Below, in pieces: positions 31,100 through 41,735 of a stretch of 64,000 nt of DNA; positions within the stretch are counted from its first letter, which is position 1; the number at the start of each line of letters is the position of its first letter. The stretch is from a bacterium (GTDB lineage: Bacteria > UBA8248). The notes under the pieces are model-generated. The model ran no database searches and had not been told where the DNA came from. It saw nothing but the letters and a program-made list of their open reading frames with translations. Location: NCBI GenBank assembly GCA_965202625.1, contig CBDBBI010000010.1, positions 1,856,001 to 1,920,000 of the forward strand. The letters run 5' to 3'. Both the position numbers and the translations under genes were made by a program.

Positions 31100-33327
31100 A
31101 CGAAAAGCGAAAAACAAACGTGAAGCCGGGGCCTCGCATCGTCGCCATCATCGTCCTGTTCCTGATGCCGGCACTCGCTTGGCCCGCACCAAAGGCGCGT
31201 CCAGCGAAACCGCCGCCCGGAGAGAGTGCCACGCTTCCGGTGCTGCCCTCCAGAGTCAAGAAACTCCTGGCGGCCAAGCGATACCAGGAGCTCATCCGGA
31301 CGCTACGTCGGGAAAAGGGGAGCTTGGGCGGCAGGCGTTCTTTCCTTCTAGGACACGCTTACCTGCAACTTAAGCGGTTTCGTCCGGCGGTCGCGCAATT
31401 CGAAAAGGCGCTCAGGGAGAGTCCCGCTCTTGAACGCCACGCCTCGCTGTTTCTGGCAAAAGCCGCTCTGGGAGCCGGGTGGAACGGGGTCGCCCGCCGC
31501 GCACTCGAAGGATTGCTCAAAAAAAAGGAGCGCCCTCCGGAGACTCCTTTCGTCTACTCCGCGCTCATACGCATTCACCGGAAGGAGAAGCGGCCGTTGA
31601 ACGCGGCGAAGCTTGCAAGGCGCTATGTCCACTCGTATCCGAGGAGCCGAGAGGTGCCGTATTTTCTGCTGAGGCAGGCGGAGGCGCTCCTCGCCGCCCG
31701 ACAAGACCGAAAGGCCGCACTCCTCCTGCGGGAGTTATGGTTGCGCCATCCGGAGCGCCTTGAAGCGGATCGCGCCCAAAGGCTCGCGGCAAAAATCGCC
31801 GCCACTCTCACACCGCCTCTCAAGAAACCCGGTCCCAAAGCTCACTACGAGCGGGCCCGACTCTTAAGAAAACGCTATCATTTCAATAAAGCACTGAAGA
31901 GCTTTGCGGATTTGAAGCGCCTGTTTCCAAAATCCCCCTACCACAAGGGCATCACGCTACACGAGGCGCTCACCCTTTTCTCCCTGCGTAAGACGAAGCA
32001 GGCGGGTGCAGCCCTCAAACACGCCATCCGCCATTATCCTCCCGGCGACCCACTACGCGCGGAGGCGCGGTATTATCTGGCCAGGAATCACCTGCGCGAG
32101 AGAGACCAACCCGCCTTTGAGGCGCAGGCGCGGCGCTTGCTCAAGGAAACGCGAAAGGGGAAATGGGCGGCGCGGACGCGCTATCTCCTCGCGCGCATCT
32201 ATGAGGACGATCGCAATTTCTCCAAGGCCGCGCGCCACTACAGGGAGGTGATCGCCAAGCATCCGCGCTCCCCGCTGACGCCCAAGGCGCGCTTTCGGCT
32301 CGCTTGGCTTCGCTTCAAGTCGAGGGACTACCGCCTTGCGCAGAAGGGGTTTTCCAAGATGAGAGACGCCCACCCGGAGCACTGGCTGGTGGGGGCCGCG
32401 ACGTATTGGGCCGCGGCGGCGGCGGAAAGAAGGGGGAAGCGCAAGAGCGCCATCGCCCAGTACCGCGCCTGCGCCCGGGAATATCGCCACCGCTATTATG
32501 GACAACTATCCCTGCACGCGCTTGACCGCCTGGGGCGGACGGGCGACCCAAACGCGCTCAAGCCGATTCCGCCAAGAGAAGCTGGCTATCGAGAGTGGAT
32601 GCGCCTCCCCCCAAAAAGCACCGCCATCCGACAGGCGGCCGAACTGCTCTCTTCCATGGGCTTTCATACGCTCGCCGTCCTGGAATATCGCCGCCTCGGC
32701 GCATCTCCCTATGCGCACTACCAAGCGGCGCTCTCTCTCACGGAAGCGGGGCAGAGCCACCGCGCCATAGAATTGATGAACAAATTTTTCTGGGGCTCGG
32801 TGCGCTCGGGCGGAAGCGACCTGCCGAGATCGTTCTGGAGAATCGTCTATCCGACCGTCGTGAAGCGCGCTGAACCCGGTGGGGCGAACCCCTATCTGGT
32901 GAACGCCCTCATCCGGGCGGAGAGCTCCTTCAACCCGCGCGCGTTCTCCCGCGCCGGCGCACGGGGACTCATGCAGCTCATGCCCGCGACAGGGCGGAGC
33001 CTCGCGAGAAAACACAAAATCCCCATCTCATCCGTCAACGACCTGTTCGACCCGGGGGTCAACACACGGCTGGGCGCAAGGCATCTGGGCGCGCTCATTC
33101 GCGATTTTGACGGCGCGATCGTCCCCGCGATAGCGAGCTACAATGCAGGCCGCGCCGCCGTCAGGAGATGGTGGAAGAAAAGAGGCCGCCGCAAGCCGAT
33201 AGACGTCTTTATCGAGGATATCCCCTACTCCGAGACAAGGAACTACGTCAAAAGGGTGCTAACCTATTACCGCGAATACAAGCGAATCTACGGAGAAGCG
33301 AATCGGCCAAGAGCGTCTGCCCCATGA
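31096..33327 (+). CDS. Soluble lytic transglycosylase with TPR repeats
   Basis: IRAESSF, GARGLMQLMP.T, ASYNAG and IPY.ETRNYVK.V. Confidence 0.92.
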   Translation: MNEKRKTNVKPGPRIVAIIVLFLMPALAWPAPKARPAKPPPGESATLPVLPSRVKKLLAAKRYQELIRTLRREKGSLGGRRSFLLGHAYLQLKRFRPAVAQFEKALRESPALERHASLFLAKAALGAGWNGVARRALEGLLKKKERPPETPFVYSALIRIHRKEKRPLNAAKLARRYVHSYPRSREVPYFLLRQAEALLAARQDRKAALLLRELWLRHPERLEADRAQRLAAKIAATLTPPLKKPGPKAHYERARLLRKRYHFNKALKSFADLKRLFPKSPYHKGITLHEALTLFSLRKTKQAGAALKHAIRHYPPGDPLRAEARYYLARNHLRERDQPAFEAQARRLLKETRKGKWAARTRYLLARIYEDDRNFSKAARHYREVIAKHPRSPLTPKARFRLAWLRFKSRDYRLAQKGFSKMRDAHPEHWLVGAATYWAAAAAERRGKRKSAIAQYRACAREYRHRYYGQLSLHALDRLGRTGDPNALKPIPPREAGYREWMRLPPKSTAIRQAAELLSSMGFHTLAVLEYRRLGASPYAHYQAALSLTEAGQSHRAIELMNKFFWGSVRSGGSDLPRSFWRIVYPTVVKRAEPGGANPYLVNALIRAESSFNPRAFSRAGARGLMQLMPATGRSLARKHKIPISSVNDLFDPGVNTRLGARHLGALIRDFDGAIVPAIASYNAGRAAVRRWWKKRGRRKPIDVFIEDIPYSETRNYVKRVLTYYREYKRIYGEANRPRASAP

Positions 33328-34538
33328 GCGCCGCGCGGCCGCTGCTCGCGGTCGGCCTGATGTCAGGAACCTCCGCCGATGGGGTGGACGCCGCCCTAGT
33401 CCGCATCCTTCCGGCCGAGCGCCCCAAGATCGAAACGCTCGGCTTTCACACCGTCACCTACCCGAGACGTCTCAGGGAACGAGTTCTACTGGCCGCAGGC
33501 CGGAAAGGCACCCGAACAGACGAGATATGTGCGCTACACCGGGAGGTGGGCGAGGCGTTCGCCGCAGCCGCGCGCGATGTGGCCTCAAAAACCGGAACCC
33601 CGCTGGAGAGCGTCGATTTCTTAGGCAGCCACGGCCAGACGGTGCGCCACCTTCCCGAGGGAGGAGAGGGAGAACGCGGGCCATTGCTCCCCTCCACCCT
33701 TCAGATCGGCGACCCCGCCCCCATCGCCGCGCGCACGGGGGCAACGTGCGTCTCTGATTTTCGCGCGCGCGATATGGTCGCGGGCGGAGCGGGCGCACCC
33801 CTAACCCCCTGGGCGCACCGGATACTCTTCAGCCGAAAAAGCGCGCCCGCCGCTTTCGTGAACCTGGGCGGCATCTCGAACCTCACCTACCTTCCCCCCT
33901 GGGGCGAGGGGGGCGCATTCGGCTTCGACTGCGGACCGGCGAACATGACCCTCGACTCCCTCGCCCACCGCCTCACGAACGGAGAGAGAAACTACGATCA
34001 GGACGGCGCGATGGCGGCGGCGGGCCGCGTGTGTCCCGAAACCCTAGCCGAACTCAAGGAATGCGCCTACCTCAAGCGAAAGCCTCCCAAAAGCACGGGC
34101 AGAGAAACCTTCGGCGAAGCGTTCGTCGATGAGACCGTTGAGCGCATGGCCTCTCGCGGGAGCGACGCGAAAGACGCCATCGCTACGCTCACCGCGTTCT
34201 CCGCCGCCTGCGTAGCGGACGCGATTCAGAATTTTTTTCCGAAAGACGCACCGCCCGATGCGCTTCTCAGCGGCGGCGGCGGCGTCCACAACAAAACCCT
34301 AATGCGCCATTTGCGCGACGCCTTGGGCGACCTCCCCCTCGTCACGAGCGACGCGCGGGGCGTCGCACCCGACGCAGTCGAGGCCGTCTGCTTTGCCCTG
34401 CTCGCGTGGGGAACTCTCTCCGGACGCGCGAACAACCTACCGGACGCAACCGGCGCGAGAGAGGCCGTACTCCTCGGAAACATCACGCCGGGGAGGAATT
34501 TCGCCTCCTTGATGAGGCGTTTTCACGCCGCCGCCTGA
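33324..34538 (+). CDS. anmK: Anhydro-N-acetylmuramic acid kinase
   Basis: GLMSGTSADGVD, GSHGQTV.H, DFR..D...GG.GAPL, NLGGISN, FDCGP.N and PKSTGRE. Confidence 0.95.
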   Translation: MSAARPLLAVGLMSGTSADGVDAALVRILPAERPKIETLGFHTVTYPRRLRERVLLAAGRKGTRTDEICALHREVGEAFAAAARDVASKTGTPLESVDFLGSHGQTVRHLPEGGEGERGPLLPSTLQIGDPAPIAARTGATCVSDFRARDMVAGGAGAPLTPWAHRILFSRKSAPAAFVNLGGISNLTYLPPWGEGGAFGFDCGPANMTLDSLAHRLTNGERNYDQDGAMAAAGRVCPETLAELKECAYLKRKPPKSTGRETFGEAFVDETVERMASRGSDAKDAIATLTAFSAACVADAIQNFFPKDAPPDALLSGGGGVHNKTLMRHLRDALGDLPLVTSDARGVAPDAVEAVCFALLAWGTLSGRANNLPDATGAREAVLLGNITPGRNFASLMRRFHAAA

Positions 34539-34611
34539 GCGAGCGCGTATGCAAATCGTCCGAAATGCGGCATCATATCTCTCTTGACGCTCAACCGCCG
34601 GGAGGTATGAC

Positions 34612-35799
34612 GTGGAAGCAACTATTGAGGCCCAGGCTGTCTCGCTCGCCAAAGAGCTGATCGGCATTCGGAGTGAGAACCCCACGGGCGATGAGTCCGG
34701 CATGGCAGATCGGATGGAGGCGTTTTTTCTCGACGTCGGTCTGGAAGTGGCGCGCGAGCGCGTCGCACATGGGCGCGAGAACGTGACCGCCGAGATCGCG
34801 GGCGCGGAAAGCGGCCCCGCTCTGGTCTTTCTCAATCACATGGACACCGTACCTGCAGGCGAGGGCTGGTCGCGCGACCCATTTCTCGCGACTGAGGCGG
34901 ACGGAAAAATCTGGGGCCGGGGAAGCTGCGACATGAAAGGCGGCATCGCCGCGATCCTCGCGGCCATTCAGCATCTCAAGGGACGAATCGACCGGGGAGA
35001 GAAGGCGCGCGGCACGGTGCGCTGTTGCATGGTGGTGGACGAGGAAAGCGGCCGGATGACAGGAACGGAAGCGGTCATAGCGCGCGGGCGCGTGCGCGCG
35101 GACGACATCGTGATCTCCTGCGAGCCGACCGACCTCGCCCTGGTGACGGCGCAAAAGGGCGCCATGTGGACTACGCTCACCTTCCGCGGCAAAAGCGCCC
35201 ACGCCGCGACGCCCCACATGGGTGCGGACGCGATTCACGCCGCCGCCCACGCAGTGGTGGCACTCCAAGAGGCGGTCTCGGAACTCCCCTACGAGGACCC
35301 CCTTCTGGGCCGATGCACCATGGTCGCCAGCATCATCAAGGGCGGACACAAAACCAACGTGGTCTCCGAGAGATGCGAAATCCAGGTGGACGCCCGCTTC
35401 GTCCCTCCCTTTCAGGCGTCCGACGTTGAGCAGCTCATCCGCGAGAAAGCCGCCGGGGCGTGCTCCAAGACACCCGGAGTCGCATTCTCCCTGCGCACCA
35501 CCATCTCGGACCGCCCGCCCGTCAGGGCGGACTTAAACCACGCGGGCGCAAGACTCATCCTGAAGACCTTGGAAGAAGTCCTGGGCACCGTTCCCGCTCC
35601 CGCGGGCGTGAGCTATTATTCGGACGCAGGGATGGTGGCGGCGCGGACGGGAAACCGAAACTGCTTCCTTCTCGGACCAGGAAACATTGAACAAGCCCAC
35701 GCGTCTGATGAATTCATCGAGGCCGCCTCCCTGAGAAAAGCGGCGCGCGTCTACGCCAGACTCATGGAGAAATTCGCCTTGGGGGAAACGGCAGCGTGA
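34612..35799 (+). CDS. M20 peptidase, ArgE/DapE family
   Basis: HMDTVP, GRGSCDMKGG, DEE, CEPT and GPG..EQAH..DE. Confidence 0.88.
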   Translation: MEATIEAQAVSLAKELIGIRSENPTGDESGMADRMEAFFLDVGLEVARERVAHGRENVTAEIAGAESGPALVFLNHMDTVPAGEGWSRDPFLATEADGKIWGRGSCDMKGGIAAILAAIQHLKGRIDRGEKARGTVRCCMVVDEESGRMTGTEAVIARGRVRADDIVISCEPTDLALVTAQKGAMWTTLTFRGKSAHAATPHMGADAIHAAAHAVVALQEAVSELPYEDPLLGRCTMVASIIKGGHKTNVVSERCEIQVDARFVPPFQASDVEQLIREKAAGACSKTPGVAFSLRTTISDRPPVRADLNHAGARLILKTLEEVLGTVPAPAGVSYYSDAGMVAARTGNRNCFLLGPGNIEQAHASDEFIEAASLRKAARVYARLMEKFALGETAA

Positions 35800-35818
35800 A
35801 AACTATCCAGGAGCACCC

Positions 35819-36961
35819 CTATTTTCTTATGAGGAACAAGAACTCCCTGTTGGGTTTCTCCACCTCCGGCAGCCAATCATTCGTCCATTTCATAGCAGCC
35901 ATCACGTTCTTTTTATAATCAATTTTTAAGACATCGACAAGTTCTCCATTATCTCTTATCACTTCATTTATCTCCTCAGCAGTCGCTCTTCCACCAGAAC
36001 TGTAAGAGAGCAAAATCCATTTACACGGCGTTTTTTTGACGAGGCGCTCGATTGCCTCCACCACAACGAACCTTCCCGAAGCGTTCCTGCGAAATTCCTC
36101 AAACACCGAAGTTGCCACCTTGTCGGACGTGTCTTTTCTTCGCAAAGCCTTTCCAAAAACTGAGGGTCTGTCGTTCTTGCAAACAGTAGTCCACAGGTGG
36201 TAGTAAGAGGCGTAGCGCACCCTGGAAGGAGGCATTTTTGCATTATTTGAGCCATACGGAGGATCATAATAAGCGAGGTCTGCGTCCGCTTCGGAGAGAG
36301 ACGCAAAAACATCGCCGCACAAGACAACGTTCTCCGTCTCGTTTCGCCATAATCGCGGAACTTTCAATCTCAAATCCTTAAATGACCTGGCAGACCAGTC
36401 TTTCAGGTATGAGGCGAAATGGCCAAGCGTGCTATCCACCCCGTCCAACCCCAGAATCAGGCTCGCCAAAGCCACGCTCTTTGAAACCTCGTCAAGGTTC
36501 AGAACATCAATTTCCTTTCTAATCGCGTCGAGTTTTCTCGTGTTCTTTCTCTGCCAAGGCTTTTTTGTGCCGTCTTTCTGAATGGCGTTGTTGCGGGCGT
36601 CGGTTCTGACATCACCGCCGTAATTCTCGGTAAACCACCCATCTTCAGGAGGGATAGAGTTCAAATAGTCAATGAGCGATTGATATTCTTCCGGGTTTTT
36701 CAGGTTCTGCAAATAACATACGCCAAAAGTCCTTGACCATTCTGAAACGTCGTTCGCCACCACGCGATACCCCGCCTTGGCGAAAGCCTGGCTTACTCTT
36801 GTGGAACCCGAGAAGCCATCAAAAATACTTTTCGCCCCAGTCTTTTTTGACAACTCAAGAATCTGGGGTATCAGTCTAAGTTTGGAGCCTACATACTTGA
36901 CACCCTCGGTCCTAAGGGTTTCGAAGCAACTATCGAAAGGTAGGGCGGCCTGAGCCTGCAT
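35819..36961 (-). CDS. DNA adenine methyltransferase (D12/FokI-NlaIII-like class)
   Basis: KY.GSK, DGFSGS..VS and Y.DPPY; AT-richer than flanks. Confidence 0.88.
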   Translation of the reverse strand: MQAQAALPFDSCFETLRTEGVKYVGSKLRLIPQILELSKKTGAKSIFDGFSGSTRVSQAFAKAGYRVVANDVSEWSRTFGVCYLQNLKNPEEYQSLIDYLNSIPPEDGWFTENYGGDVRTDARNNAIQKDGTKKPWQRKNTRKLDAIRKEIDVLNLDEVSKSVALASLILGLDGVDSTLGHFASYLKDWSARSFKDLRLKVPRLWRNETENVVLCGDVFASLSEADADLAYYDPPYGSNNAKMPPSRVRYASYYHLWTTVCKNDRPSVFGKALRRKDTSDKVATSVFEEFRRNASGRFVVVEAIERLVKKTPCKWILLSYSSGGRATAEEINEVIRDNGELVDVLKIDYKKNVMAAMKWTNDWLPEVEKPNREFLFLIRK

Positions 36962-37843
36962 TACGCCGACCCGAGACCTGAGTCCCTTTTGAGTCTCAGA
37001 ATGTCGCCTTGAATTTTTTCAAGGGCCTCGCCATGGCCGGATTCAGAGGAAACCAGCGCATGAGACAACAAATTCACCAAGACAAGATTATGAGAGTATT
37101 CGATCCATCCACCAGTTACGCTATCAAAATAATCTAAACCATTTTTTGTATGAGTCCAAAGACCCCGTTGGAGAGCATTGGCCGCCGCATCTCCATAACG
37201 CACCTCACAAATATAGGCATCCTGGGCATTATAAAATCGAAATACCGGATGAATTCTACCCCGCTTTTTCGACTCCTTTGAAATTCTTACCGTTTCGACC
37301 TCCGCGCGGTTATAGTCAAAAACAAGAATATTACAACGTTGCTTTTTTTCATCATAAATGAGGGGCAAGACGTTGATATTTCGGAAATCAGAAAAAGCCG
37401 GGTCGGCGAGGACTCGCCGAACATTCTGCCTGCCTATAACGTCCCCGCCCTCTTGCTCTAAACGCGGAAACATCCTTGAAGTCTTTGTCCGTTGAAAGCT
37501 GAAGCGGGCCGTCTCCGTATGCTTTTAAACTGACCGGAAATTCAGCCTTGGTTATCTCATTGATTATTTGAATATCTTCCTCTTTAGACTTCGCCCTGTA
37601 TAGATTCTTGCCAACATGCTGAGATCGAAAATCATACATGTACTGGTTGATAAACTCGGCCATGGCGATTTCCGCCAAATCCCCATGGGTTTTGTTTCCA
37701 ATGAGACGCATGGTAAAAATGTTGCTCAACGTCGTGACGATGAGATCCGGGAATTTGCTGGCAAAGAGTCTCAGTTGCGACGTGAAATCCTTGTAAGGGT
37801 CAAAAGCCGTCTGTCCATATATTCGAGCTTCATCATTTCCCAT
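36961..37843 (-). pseudogene. Putative type II restriction endonuclease, frameshifted near 37474
   Basis: N-part (GDLAE..EEDI..VSLK, PD-(D/E)XK-like) joins the C-part ORF 36961-37473 if one G is removed (AAG-G-ATG); TAATG coupling to the MTase. Confidence 0.6.
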
Positions 37844-37911
37844 TGTGTACCGTCCCTGTATCAAGGAGGAGAAAGCCGGGCCGGACGCTAGAGACTGGGA
37901 AACGAAACCCC

Positions 37912-40080
37912 TCACGGGTGCCTGTCCAGCTCCTGGAAAGTTTCCAGAACTCTTTCGAGCGCCTTCGACGCGCCAAGTTCCTGAAAAATGCGGCGCGCCT
38001 CGTTCAAGTGCTCGCGAGCGGTCTCCCGCTCTCCTTCCTCGATGCACACCCGGCCTAGGCTCCATAGTGCCTTGGCCTCGGCGCGGGCGTCTCCCCGTTT
38101 CCGGTTGATCCCAAGGGCCATCTCATACGCCTCGCGCGCCTCTGCGAAATCGCCCCTGGCGCGGTGAATGTCCCCCATGCCAGCAAGATTCGCCGCCTCG
38201 CCCTCTTTGTTTTCAAGTTCTCGATTCAGCTCCAGGGAATTCTCGTAATGCTGCAACGCGCGCGTGAAGCGGTACTGTGCCGCGAAGGTCGCACCCATTT
38301 GGCCGTAGGTCAGGGCCTCTCCCGCCCTGTCCTCGGTTTTTTTGCAAACCTCCAGGGAGTCCTTCAGACTCGCCTGGGCGAGTTCGTACTCGCCCATTCC
38401 GATCTGGGCGGACGCCAAGGCGACGCGCGCCCGGACCTCCTCGCCGCCCTTTCCCAGATTGTCGAACAAGCGCGCCGCATCCGATAGGTGCGCCCTGGCT
38501 TTCTCGTGATTTCCTAGGCGCCAGAACAGTTTGCCCGCCCGCAGACGCAGCGAGAAAATCTGCTCGGGCCTTCCCCGCAACTCGAGGAAACCGAGCGCCA
38601 TCTCATAGGACTCCGCCGCCTCGGCGTCATCGCCCTTGTACTGATAGAAATATCCCAGATTCTGGGAGACTACGGCCTGTATCGACTCATCCTGACCTGC
38701 TTCCCGCAACGCCTCCCGACAATAGGATATCGCGGGCTCTACCTTTTCGCGCAAAAACGAAGTCACGGCCAGCGCGTTGAGAACGGACCCGATCTGACTC
38801 ACGTGCCGCAGCGCTTCCTTGAGGTGGCCCGTCGCCTCATCACAGCGCCCCAGCATCACCTCCAAAATGGCCAGGCGTAGATATTCCTCGGGCGCGGGCG
38901 GCTGCCGGTCGCCTTGGCGTTCAAGCAGGTCGAGACGCGCAGCGTCCACGACTTCCGGCGCCCAGGCGGGGAGGTCTCCGCCTACGCTTTCCATCAGAAT
39001 CAAATCTCCCGGACAAACCTCCGCGACGAGTTCGCGTATCAATTCGGGGGGCGCGCCCACTTCACGCGAAACAACCTCTGGCGCATCTTCCACGCGCCCC
39101 GCCGGCGTCTCATCCGCAAACCGAGACCCCCCGGAGGATTCCCGAGCGATCTCAAGTCCTTCATCATCCATCTCTGTTTCCGGCGCGGACTCCTTCCGGG
39201 CGCGCGCCTTCCACTTATCGGCCGCGTCCAGCAGGGAAGGATCGGTTTCCTCCCGATCCCGCTCGTCCCCAAAGGCGGATGCGTCTTCCCCGAGGGACGC
39301 GCTGTTCTGCCCCCCCCCAAAAGCGGGAGCAAACGTCTCGCCGACGCCGTCCGCCTCATCCCCTCGCTTACACGGCACCTCAGCGCGTGCGCTCTCGGAC
39401 GCGGACGACGCCACACCAGGGGGCGAGGCCCGGAGACTGGAGTCCTCCCCCTCGCCTTCCGCGCTCTCTTCCTCCCCGTCCACCCTCCGGTCGGTTTCGG
39501 CCACCTCCTCGTTCCCCTGGACAAAAGCGGCCCGGGCATCATCTTCTCCCGAACGAGGGGAGGATGCGTTCTCCATTGATGCCTCCTGCGGCGCATCGGA
39601 GTCGGCGTCCATGAGCTGGGCCACGGTGCGGCGATGTCCCACCTCCTCAGGCGCGGGCAAATTCTCCCACCAAGGCGCCTTGCCCGACTTCGTCTCCGGC
39701 CCCAGCTCCACGGAAGACACAGGCTCAGGCTCCTCAGAAGAGACATCGTCCAGCTTCCCCTTGAGGGGGAGCGCGCCCTCTTGCGCATCGCCCCGGAAGG
39801 GCGTCCAACCCTCGTCGGGCGTCAAGACTTCTTCTCCGTCCTTTGATTCCGCTCTCTCTTCGCGGGCCAAAGACTGAGAATTCGCCTCCGCAATCGGGCT
39901 TGAGACGTCCTCCAGAAAACCGCCCGCTTCGCCCATCGCATCCTCATCCCACAGCGCGGGGAGAAGCTCCCTTCGCCTTTGAGAGCGGCGATCCATCCAC
40001 CAAACGACAGGGATGCTCACCAAGGCGAGAGCGCCCACCAGGATAAGTACCGTATTCGTATTCAGTAAAGACATCTCCAT
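37912..40080 (-). CDS. Membrane-anchored TPR protein with long acidic linker
   Basis: N-terminal TM, E/D/S/A-rich low-complexity region and C-terminal TPR repeats. Confidence 0.85.
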   Translation of the reverse strand: MEMSLLNTNTVLILVGALALVSIPVVWWMDRRSQRRRELLPALWDEDAMGEAGGFLEDVSSPIAEANSQSLAREERAESKDGEEVLTPDEGWTPFRGDAQEGALPLKGKLDDVSSEEPEPVSSVELGPETKSGKAPWWENLPAPEEVGHRRTVAQLMDADSDAPQEASMENASSPRSGEDDARAAFVQGNEEVAETDRRVDGEEESAEGEGEDSSLRASPPGVASSASESARAEVPCKRGDEADGVGETFAPAFGGGQNSASLGEDASAFGDERDREETDPSLLDAADKWKARARKESAPETEMDDEGLEIARESSGGSRFADETPAGRVEDAPEVVSREVGAPPELIRELVAEVCPGDLILMESVGGDLPAWAPEVVDAARLDLLERQGDRQPPAPEEYLRLAILEVMLGRCDEATGHLKEALRHVSQIGSVLNALAVTSFLREKVEPAISYCREALREAGQDESIQAVVSQNLGYFYQYKGDDAEAAESYEMALGFLELRGRPEQIFSLRLRAGKLFWRLGNHEKARAHLSDAARLFDNLGKGGEEVRARVALASAQIGMGEYELAQASLKDSLEVCKKTEDRAGEALTYGQMGATFAAQYRFTRALQHYENSLELNRELENKEGEAANLAGMGDIHRARGDFAEAREAYEMALGINRKRGDARAEAKALWSLGRVCIEEGERETAREHLNEARRIFQELGASKALERVLETFQELDRHP

Positions 40081-40083
40081 CTC

Positions 40084-41673
40084 CTATACCGCCGATTTGC
40101 GCAGCGCGCGGCCAGGGCGCGCGCCGGTATGGTTTCCGGCCTCCACGACCATCTCGCCGTTCACGATAACCATCTCGATCCCTGAAGGATACGCGACCGG
40201 ACGCTCATAGGTGCACTCATCCCGTATTTCGTCCGGATCGAACAGCACGAGATCGGCCTTCATGCCAACCGCCAGACGTCCCCGATCCGATATGCCTAGC
40301 CGCTGGCAGGGGGCGGAGGTCATCTTCCGTATTCCCTCCGCCAGTGAAAACAGTCCCTCGTCCCTCGCCAAGGCGCCCAGAACGAAGGGGAAGGTCCCAA
40401 AATTCCTCGGGTGTGGCCGGCCGGCGCCCAAGGGCGGCTCATGCGTGAGTGCGCCCGCATCCGAACCCACCATGACGTAGGGCTTTTGAAGGATGCGGCG
40501 CATGTTCTCCGCGCTCATCATAAAAATGAGAATCTCGACGTTCATCCTCTCCTGGATCAACAAATCGAGCATCGCGTCCACGGGCGCCAAACCCCGTGCC
40601 TCGCCCAATCCCGCGAGGGTGAGACCCTCGCAGGACTGGTTCTCCCTCGTGAACACCCGGCTGATCAAGACGCTCTCCCAATAGGAGGGCTCCGGACGCG
40701 CCCGCGCGATCTCTCCCCTTATCCTCGCCCTCGTCTCCGAATCCGCGAGCCGCCTCATCCTCTCGTCCAAGGCACCATCATGTACCCAATCGGGCAGCAG
40801 CGCGCTCAGATGGGTGTTCGAGGCCGTGTAGGGGTAGCGGTCGCAACTCACGTCCCCTCCCCCTGCGCGCGCACGCTCAATGCGCTCGAAAACCGCATCG
40901 AGCTTGCCCCAGTTCTGCGTCCCCGCCGTCTTCAGGTGACTAATCTGAAGCGGCAGCCCTGCCGTGGCCGCCGCCGCGATAACCTCGTCGATCGCCTCCA
41001 TCAGCGCGTCTCCCTCGCTGCGCATGTGCGTGGCGAGCAGCCCCCCGCCGCGCCCGGCGGCCCGGCAAAGCGCCGTCAGTTCCCCTGAATCCGCGAAACA
41101 GGCGGGCGCGTAGACCAATCCGGTGGAGAGGCCGAAGGCACCCTCCCGCATCCCTAGGGAGAGCATCTCCTCCATCGCGGCGAGCTCTCCCGCGCGTGCC
41201 GGGCGCGCCTCACCCCCCATCACGCTGGCGCGAATCGTGTTGTGACCCACCAGATGGGCATAGTTGATCGAGACACCCACCTCCTCCACACGGCGAAGAT
41301 GCGCGCGCACGCTCTGAAACGCGAGGTCCAAATCGTACTGCTCTCGATACCACTTTTTCCGCTCCTCAAACTCCGCCCCGCCAATCGGGGAAGCGGCGTA
41401 GCCGCAGTTGCCGCCCACGTCGGTCGTCACTCCCTGGCGAACTTTCGCGTGCGCCTCGGGGTTGATGAGGAGGTAGTAGTCGGAGTGGCCGTGAATGTCG
41501 ACGAACCCGGGGCTGAGCGCCAAGCCCCTCGCGTCGACCACGCGGCGTGCGGGGCCGCTCACCCTTGGGCCTAAGTCCGCGATGAGGCTTCCGCGAACGG
41601 CGAGCGCCCCCTCCCAAGGCACCGCGCCCAGACCGTCGAATATAGCGACACGCTCAAAGATGATGTCATGCAT
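40084..41673 (-). CDS. N-acyl-D-amino-acid deacylase family
   Basis: PGFVDIHGHSD, QGVTT..GNCG, GLSTGL.Y.P, HMRSE and HPRNFGTFP. Confidence 0.92.
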   Translation of the reverse strand: MHDIIFERVAIFDGLGAVPWEGALAVRGSLIADLGPRVSGPARRVVDARGLALSPGFVDIHGHSDYYLLINPEAHAKVRQGVTTDVGGNCGYAASPIGGAEFEERKKWYREQYDLDLAFQSVRAHLRRVEEVGVSINYAHLVGHNTIRASVMGGEARPARAGELAAMEEMLSLGMREGAFGLSTGLVYAPACFADSGELTALCRAAGRGGGLLATHMRSEGDALMEAIDEVIAAAATAGLPLQISHLKTAGTQNWGKLDAVFERIERARAGGGDVSCDRYPYTASNTHLSALLPDWVHDGALDERMRRLADSETRARIRGEIARARPEPSYWESVLISRVFTRENQSCEGLTLAGLGEARGLAPVDAMLDLLIQERMNVEILIFMMSAENMRRILQKPYVMVGSDAGALTHEPPLGAGRPHPRNFGTFPFVLGALARDEGLFSLAEGIRKMTSAPCQRLGISDRGRLAVGMKADLVLFDPDEIRDECTYERPVAYPSGIEMVIVNGEMVVEAGNHTGARPGRALRKSAV

Positions 41674-41735
41674 GGGGGACCGCCCGGGGCGGATTCGGTC
41701 CAAACGCCGATAACGAACAGATTATGGAGAAACCC

